In this document: positions 59,775 through 64,000 of the stretch, one piece after another
Layout: every line of letters begins with the position of its first letter
Position numbering within the stretch: the first letter of the stretch is position 1
Origin: Barthelona sp. PCE
Taxonomy: Eukaryota
Assembly: GCA_040285745.1 (NCBI GenBank)
Contig: JAUFOR010000003.1
Location: 1,178,001 to 1,242,000 of the forward strand
Direction of reading: 5' to 3'
DNA length: 64,000 nt
Translations under genes and position numbers: made by a program
Notes under the pieces: generated by a model
The model's input: only the letters and a program-made list of their open reading frames with translations
The model's database searches: none
Told to the model about the DNA's origin: nothing

Positions 59775-60235
59775 CGTGAAAAGGGAGATAGTTGTAGTTG
59801 AGCCTTAACCAGGGCTGTTGCAAATAGATAGGAAATTTTGTATTGGAAATCGGACTAAATTGATCGTAGGACCCAGTAAAAATGTGTTAAACTGTCATAT
59901 ATACAAGAAATAGTGAACAACAATGTTTTTTTTGTATGAGCTATGTATTGGGGACGATTCTACGGTTATGGGCATGTTGCACAATGTATATGATAGAAAA
60001 GTGTATAAGAAGTGTCTTATTCAAGGTCATATGGAAAGCTTTGTGCCGGTAATTTTCTGACTCTATTTCATCGCATATAAATGTCAGCCACATGTTTTTA
60101 TGTACTATTATACTGTCTTAATCCTGCCCAATTATATATTATACGATGTAGTTACAAAAAAAAATTGTTTTGAGTTGTTAACACTTCTATTACCCTTTTA
60201 CACCGCTTAACCCCGTTAAACGTGATACATTTGCT

Positions 60236-63200
60236 ATGAGCCTCCCCGTTAAGCTCTCCAAAGTGCACGGCTTTGATGGTTCCGTATCAAATGGTTTCTG
60301 TAAGCTCGATATAGAGACACATGTGGCTACCACAGGAGGAAGAATAGTATTTTCAGATTCAACCAAATCGCGAGAACATGATATTGTAACGTTAAATGAT
60401 TATGTCACAGGTATTCAGTCAATGGATGCTTCTAGCAATCACAGATACCTTGCAATCGGCTTTAGGACCCAGCAGCCGAATACAGAGCAAGAAATTTGTC
60501 AGATTGCACTCATTTTCGTACCCAAAAAAGAGCTTGTCAGGGTATACACCATTCCTAAAGCATTTCAAGATGCAAAAATCAAGCGCGTGGCGTTCAGCCC
60601 ATGCTCAATGTACATATTTACTTTATTTGAGCATCCATCCAATTCAATTATAGTTTTTCACAGAGAGTCTTCAGATCATGTGTATGTTTTGGGTAATATC
60701 TCAACTGAAGGCATCAATGACATTGCATTCAACAAGAGTCCAGACCAGAAACTCACAGTTGTTGGTGATAAAGGAACATTTTTTAGTTTTGATTGGAAGG
60801 ATACTTCAAGTCGTCCAGATTTCATTCCTGATTCGTTTAATAACAATATTCAGGACGCATTCAACTGCTGTTGCTACCTTAGTCCATCTTATTTATGTAT
60901 AGGTTCGAGATCAAGACTTTTGTTCATTCGTGCTGGTCAAATAGAGGAAGAAATTTCCAACGGTCCTTTTTCTGATCAAGATATTGTCGCTGTGGATTTC
61001 ATTGATAATAACCTGATTGTAGTCACGTCCAATGGTGTGATCTATCGTTTCATGAACAAACAGCCCGAAGCCCAGTTACTGGAATTCAAACATTTTGGGC
61101 TCGTTGCTTTCAGTGGAATTGCAAAGACTGATGATGCACGTATCACTGGTTTTAACATACTTGATGCCGATTTCAAGCATACGTATGTCAGTACCACTGA
61201 TAATCAACTTGTCGTTGCAGATTTATCGGAAAACGTTACGTTAGAGGATATCCCATTCCATGAACGTGAGCGTTTTGATGTTTCTCCACTCATTGCCATT
61301 GAGATGGACCTTGAAAAACCAAAACTTCCAATCGCTACTGCACTTCACTCTGTTTATCATATGAATGACGTTGTTGATGTGGCATCATGTTCACGGCGTG
61401 GTATTATCGTAACTGTCGGCCAAGACAGGCGCCTATCGGTGTATAACTACATTAGTGGTGAACAACTCATGACTACTCTCCTGAGCGGGCTTCCGATTTC
61501 ATGTTCCCTTCATCCAACAGGCCATTATATCATCATAGGCTTCAACGATCGCGTGAAGGTGTTTGAGATATTGTTAAGTGGTCTCAACTGTATTTTCGAA
61601 TTGGCGTTCAAGAAAGTTCAATCTGTTGAGCTCAGTCATGGTGGTCATCTTTTGGCTGTCACACAGGGTACAACGATATCTCTGTTCAACTTCTACAGTC
61701 AAGCACTTGTTGGTGATCTTCGTGGTCATACGGGCCGTGTTGTATGCTTAAAATGGAGTTCTGATGATTCACTTCTTTTTTCAACAGGATTAGACGGTTC
61801 TCTGTACGCATGGGATGTGCGTAAGTTGACCCGCGTCTTGGAGTATTTAAGCAAAGCCAGCCATTGTACCCACATTAAGTCACTAAATGATAATTCAAAT
61901 TTATTCGTTGCATCAAGTCATCATTCCATTCGTCAGTTGTTTAATTTCAACGTTGTCAACGAAATCGACTTATTTACAAAGATTACTGCACTAGGATTAT
62001 TGGAGACGCATTTGTTAGTAGGTCGTGCAGATGGAACCCTCTTACTTTATTCATTACCACTGAACTCAAAGACTCAAGTCGTCCCCCAGACTATGGCCCT
62101 TTCGATGGCTGCAATTATCGAGATTACATATGTTAAGGATTATAACATTGTTATTGTAACGGATGAGAGGGGAACAATGTGGTTTTTGGAGCTTACAAGT
62201 ATTGCAGTCACCAAGTCTGTTGAAGCATTGCCTGATGAAATATTAATGCATCATGATGAGTTGATAGATATGACTAGCAAAATCCAGGAACTTACACGTA
62301 AAATAGAGAACAGAAAGACGGCAAATGCTTATGAGTTACGTAATTTACAGGACGAGAAGGAGGTTGATATCACAAAGATGAAGGAGAATCTTGAGGAAGA
62401 GATATTTGTCGTTCAACGGGAGATCAAGCAAATATTAGACACATATGAAGAACGTAGAGAATATTGGGACAGAGAACTGAACACCCTCAACGAGGATCAT
62501 CAGCTGGCGTTGGAGCGTTTACGTTCGTCATTTGATGAACTGTGGACAGAGAGCACCAAACGCGCTGATTCGTTGAAAGATGAGATTGGTAGTCTAAAGA
62601 TTCACTATGAGCAGGAGCAGCAGCGTCTTATTGAAGGGCATGAGAAGACCATGCGAGACATGAGGGACGAGTATGAGTTGCAGTTGAGAGAGGACTTACT
62701 GTTCCAAGAGAAGTTTGTCGACGATAAGACAATGGAAGAGAATGCATACGTCGAAGCGTTGAATCAAATTAACGATGATAGTGAGATTGAATATCAACGT
62801 ATCAGAAAGAGTCTTGATGAGAGTTTATCTGAGAAGAAGGAACAACTTTCAAGATTGAAGGCGGAGAACTCAATGCAAAAGAAGAAGAAGAAGCATTCAG
62901 AGAAGACACTGTTGAGCCAACAATCTGATATTGAAAATATGAAGACACAGAAACACAAGCTGAATAATCAAATATTGCAACAAAAGAAGGAGAACGAGAA
63001 GCTATCTAAACAAATTGAGGAATATAACGAGCTTATCCAGCAGAAGGAGACAAAAATCTATGATTTGAAGAGAAAGAACCAGACGTTGGAGAAGCATAAG
63101 TTTGTTTTGGATTTCAAAATTAAGAACTTGAAGAAGGAGATTGACCCTAAAATTCAAGAAATTGAAAAGATGAAGAACATCATCCTTAATATCAACCAGG

Positions 63201-63916
63201 ACCTTGAGAAATTCCATTTCAAGAATTTCAAGGTCTTTATCGAGTTAAAGAACATTCTTGATGTGATCAAGAATAAGCACAGTGAGCGTCAGTCGGTGTC
63301 ACAGACCACAAGCTCTCTTGACAAGACATACGACTACATAGTCTTGAAGATCCATCAGTGCAGCGGCTTCTTAGCCAACAATGATAAACTGATGCGCGCT
63401 TTGGAGAGTTTGTTGCATCAATATGAAAGTGAAATTGGTAATGTCATCAAGACGGAAGAACTGGATGATGATGAAAGAATGGGATTGTTAGAACAACAAA
63501 ACCAGGTTGCCTATCTTCGTCGTTCTATTAAATCGTTAGAAACCGACACAGATGTTGAAGAGAAGGATATGAAACAAGTTAATATGCAGATGGTGAATAA
63601 CAACATTGCTCTTATCGGAGAGATTAAGCAACTGCGTGATGAGATCACTAATCTGGAGAATCAGCACAGGTTCCTATCTCTTAATTCAAAGAGTCATGCA
63701 CTTCTTAACATCCTCAAGAAGGAAGTCCCAGACCTGCCAGAGCTTGATGAGAAGTATTGTGCACAGATGGACGATGATATCAAGACGCTTCATGCTGAGA
63801 TCGCCACGTTCCAGGCTTCCATCGACGCGCTCAATGCTTCAGGTCAGTTTATGCTCGCTCAGCAACCTAGAGCGCTCCGCCCCATTTCAAGAGAAGAGCT
63901 TGCACCTCTCCGTTAA
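60236..63916 (+). CDS. CFAP57: Cilia- and flagella-associated protein 57 (WDR65)
   Basis: WD40 array (SLHPTGHYIIIGFNDRV, LRGHTGRV...STGLDGSLYAW) followed by a coiled coil with IYDLKRKNQTLEKHKFVLDFKIKNLKKEIDPK. Confidence 0.92.
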   Translation: MSLPVKLSKVHGFDGSVSNGFCKLDIETHVATTGGRIVFSDSTKSREHDIVTLNDYVTGIQSMDASSNHRYLAIGFRTQQPNTEQEICQIALIFVPKKELVRVYTIPKAFQDAKIKRVAFSPCSMYIFTLFEHPSNSIIVFHRESSDHVYVLGNISTEGINDIAFNKSPDQKLTVVGDKGTFFSFDWKDTSSRPDFIPDSFNNNIQDAFNCCCYLSPSYLCIGSRSRLLFIRAGQIEEEISNGPFSDQDIVAVDFIDNNLIVVTSNGVIYRFMNKQPEAQLLEFKHFGLVAFSGIAKTDDARITGFNILDADFKHTYVSTTDNQLVVADLSENVTLEDIPFHERERFDVSPLIAIEMDLEKPKLPIATALHSVYHMNDVVDVASCSRRGIIVTVGQDRRLSVYNYISGEQLMTTLLSGLPISCSLHPTGHYIIIGFNDRVKVFEILLSGLNCIFELAFKKVQSVELSHGGHLLAVTQGTTISLFNFYSQALVGDLRGHTGRVVCLKWSSDDSLLFSTGLDGSLYAWDVRKLTRVLEYLSKASHCTHIKSLNDNSNLFVASSHHSIRQLFNFNVVNEIDLFTKITALGLLETHLLVGRADGTLLLYSLPLNSKTQVVPQTMALSMAAIIEITYVKDYNIVIVTDERGTMWFLELTSIAVTKSVEALPDEILMHHDELIDMTSKIQELTRKIENRKTANAYELRNLQDEKEVDITKMKENLEEEIFVVQREIKQILDTYEERREYWDRELNTLNEDHQLALERLRSSFDELWTESTKRADSLKDEIGSLKIHYEQEQQRLIEGHEKTMRDMRDEYELQLREDLLFQEKFVDDKTMEENAYVEALNQINDDSEIEYQRIRKSLDESLSEKKEQLSRLKAENSMQKKKKKHSEKTLLSQQSDIENMKTQKHKLNNQILQQKKENEKLSKQIEEYNELIQQKETKIYDLKRKNQTLEKHKFVLDFKIKNLKKEIDPKIQEIEKMKNIILNINQDLEKFHFKNFKVFIELKNILDVIKNKHSERQSVSQTTSSLDKTYDYIVLKIHQCSGFLANNDKLMRALESLLHQYESEIGNVIKTEELDDDERMGLLEQQNQVAYLRRSIKSLETDTDVEEKDMKQVNMQMVNNNIALIGEIKQLRDEITNLENQHRFLSLNSKSHALLNILKKEVPDLPELDEKYCAQMDDDIKTLHAEIATFQASIDALNASGQFMLAQQPRALRPISREELAPLR

Positions 63917-63963
63917 TGTAAAGTACCACTTTGTTGTGTTTGTTTTGCAAATTTTATTCAGCA

Positions 63964-64000
63964 ATGGCAAGACTATCAAGCATCGAAATACCAACGGCCA
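63964..64000 (+). CDS. Possible start of the next gene, truncated by the window end
   Basis: ATG after a T-rich tract, open to the window edge (MARLSSIEIPTA); too short to verify. Confidence 0.3.
   Translation, partial: MARLSSIEIPTA

Noticed and set aside
1-64000. Alternative genetic code, prokaryotic contig, CRISPR arrays or transposases
   Set aside because: Conserved genes end properly at TAA, TAG or TGA; gene content and introns are eukaryotic; no repeat-spacer array, transposase or reverse transcriptase motifs were seen.

Overview
Compact, AT-rich, nearly intron-free eukaryotic nuclear DNA with about 30 protein-coding genes on both strands and the standard genetic code. Convergent stop codons are often only 2-40 bp apart. 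IFT20 and CFAP57 indicate a flagellated cell. The short introns with a fused branch-point/3' splice motif (as in Trichomonas and Giardia), a CCTTT motif before many ATGs and a prokaryote-type aconitase suggest an anaerobic metamonad-like protist; this is inference, not an identification. Recognisable genes: beta-hexosaminidase (partial), cyclic-nucleotide PDE, NAGPA, Aquifex-type aconitase, NifS-like desulfurase, RPS4, NFRKB, striatin, CIA2/MIP18, SPT16, PDI, ZC2HC1-like, RBBP6/Mpe1-like, Nup107, IFT20, a degenerate SWR1-like remodeler, RPL30, Vps51, an MFS transporter and CFAP57. Most interesting: (1) a GC-rich, ORF-free island at about 8300-8800 with many helices whose G-U pairs favour a minus-strand structured RNA, plus repeated TGAC-core motifs; (2) the adjacent aconitase, which looks laterally acquired, has ribosomal-protein-like codon usage and appears to have a 5'-UTR intron; (3) a SWR1-family protein with eroded ATPase motifs; (4) a large surface protein whose signal peptide starts at ATC, not ATG; (5) a lineage-specific 'MPR-' paralog family. 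All calls are from reading by eye; no searches or folding programs were run.
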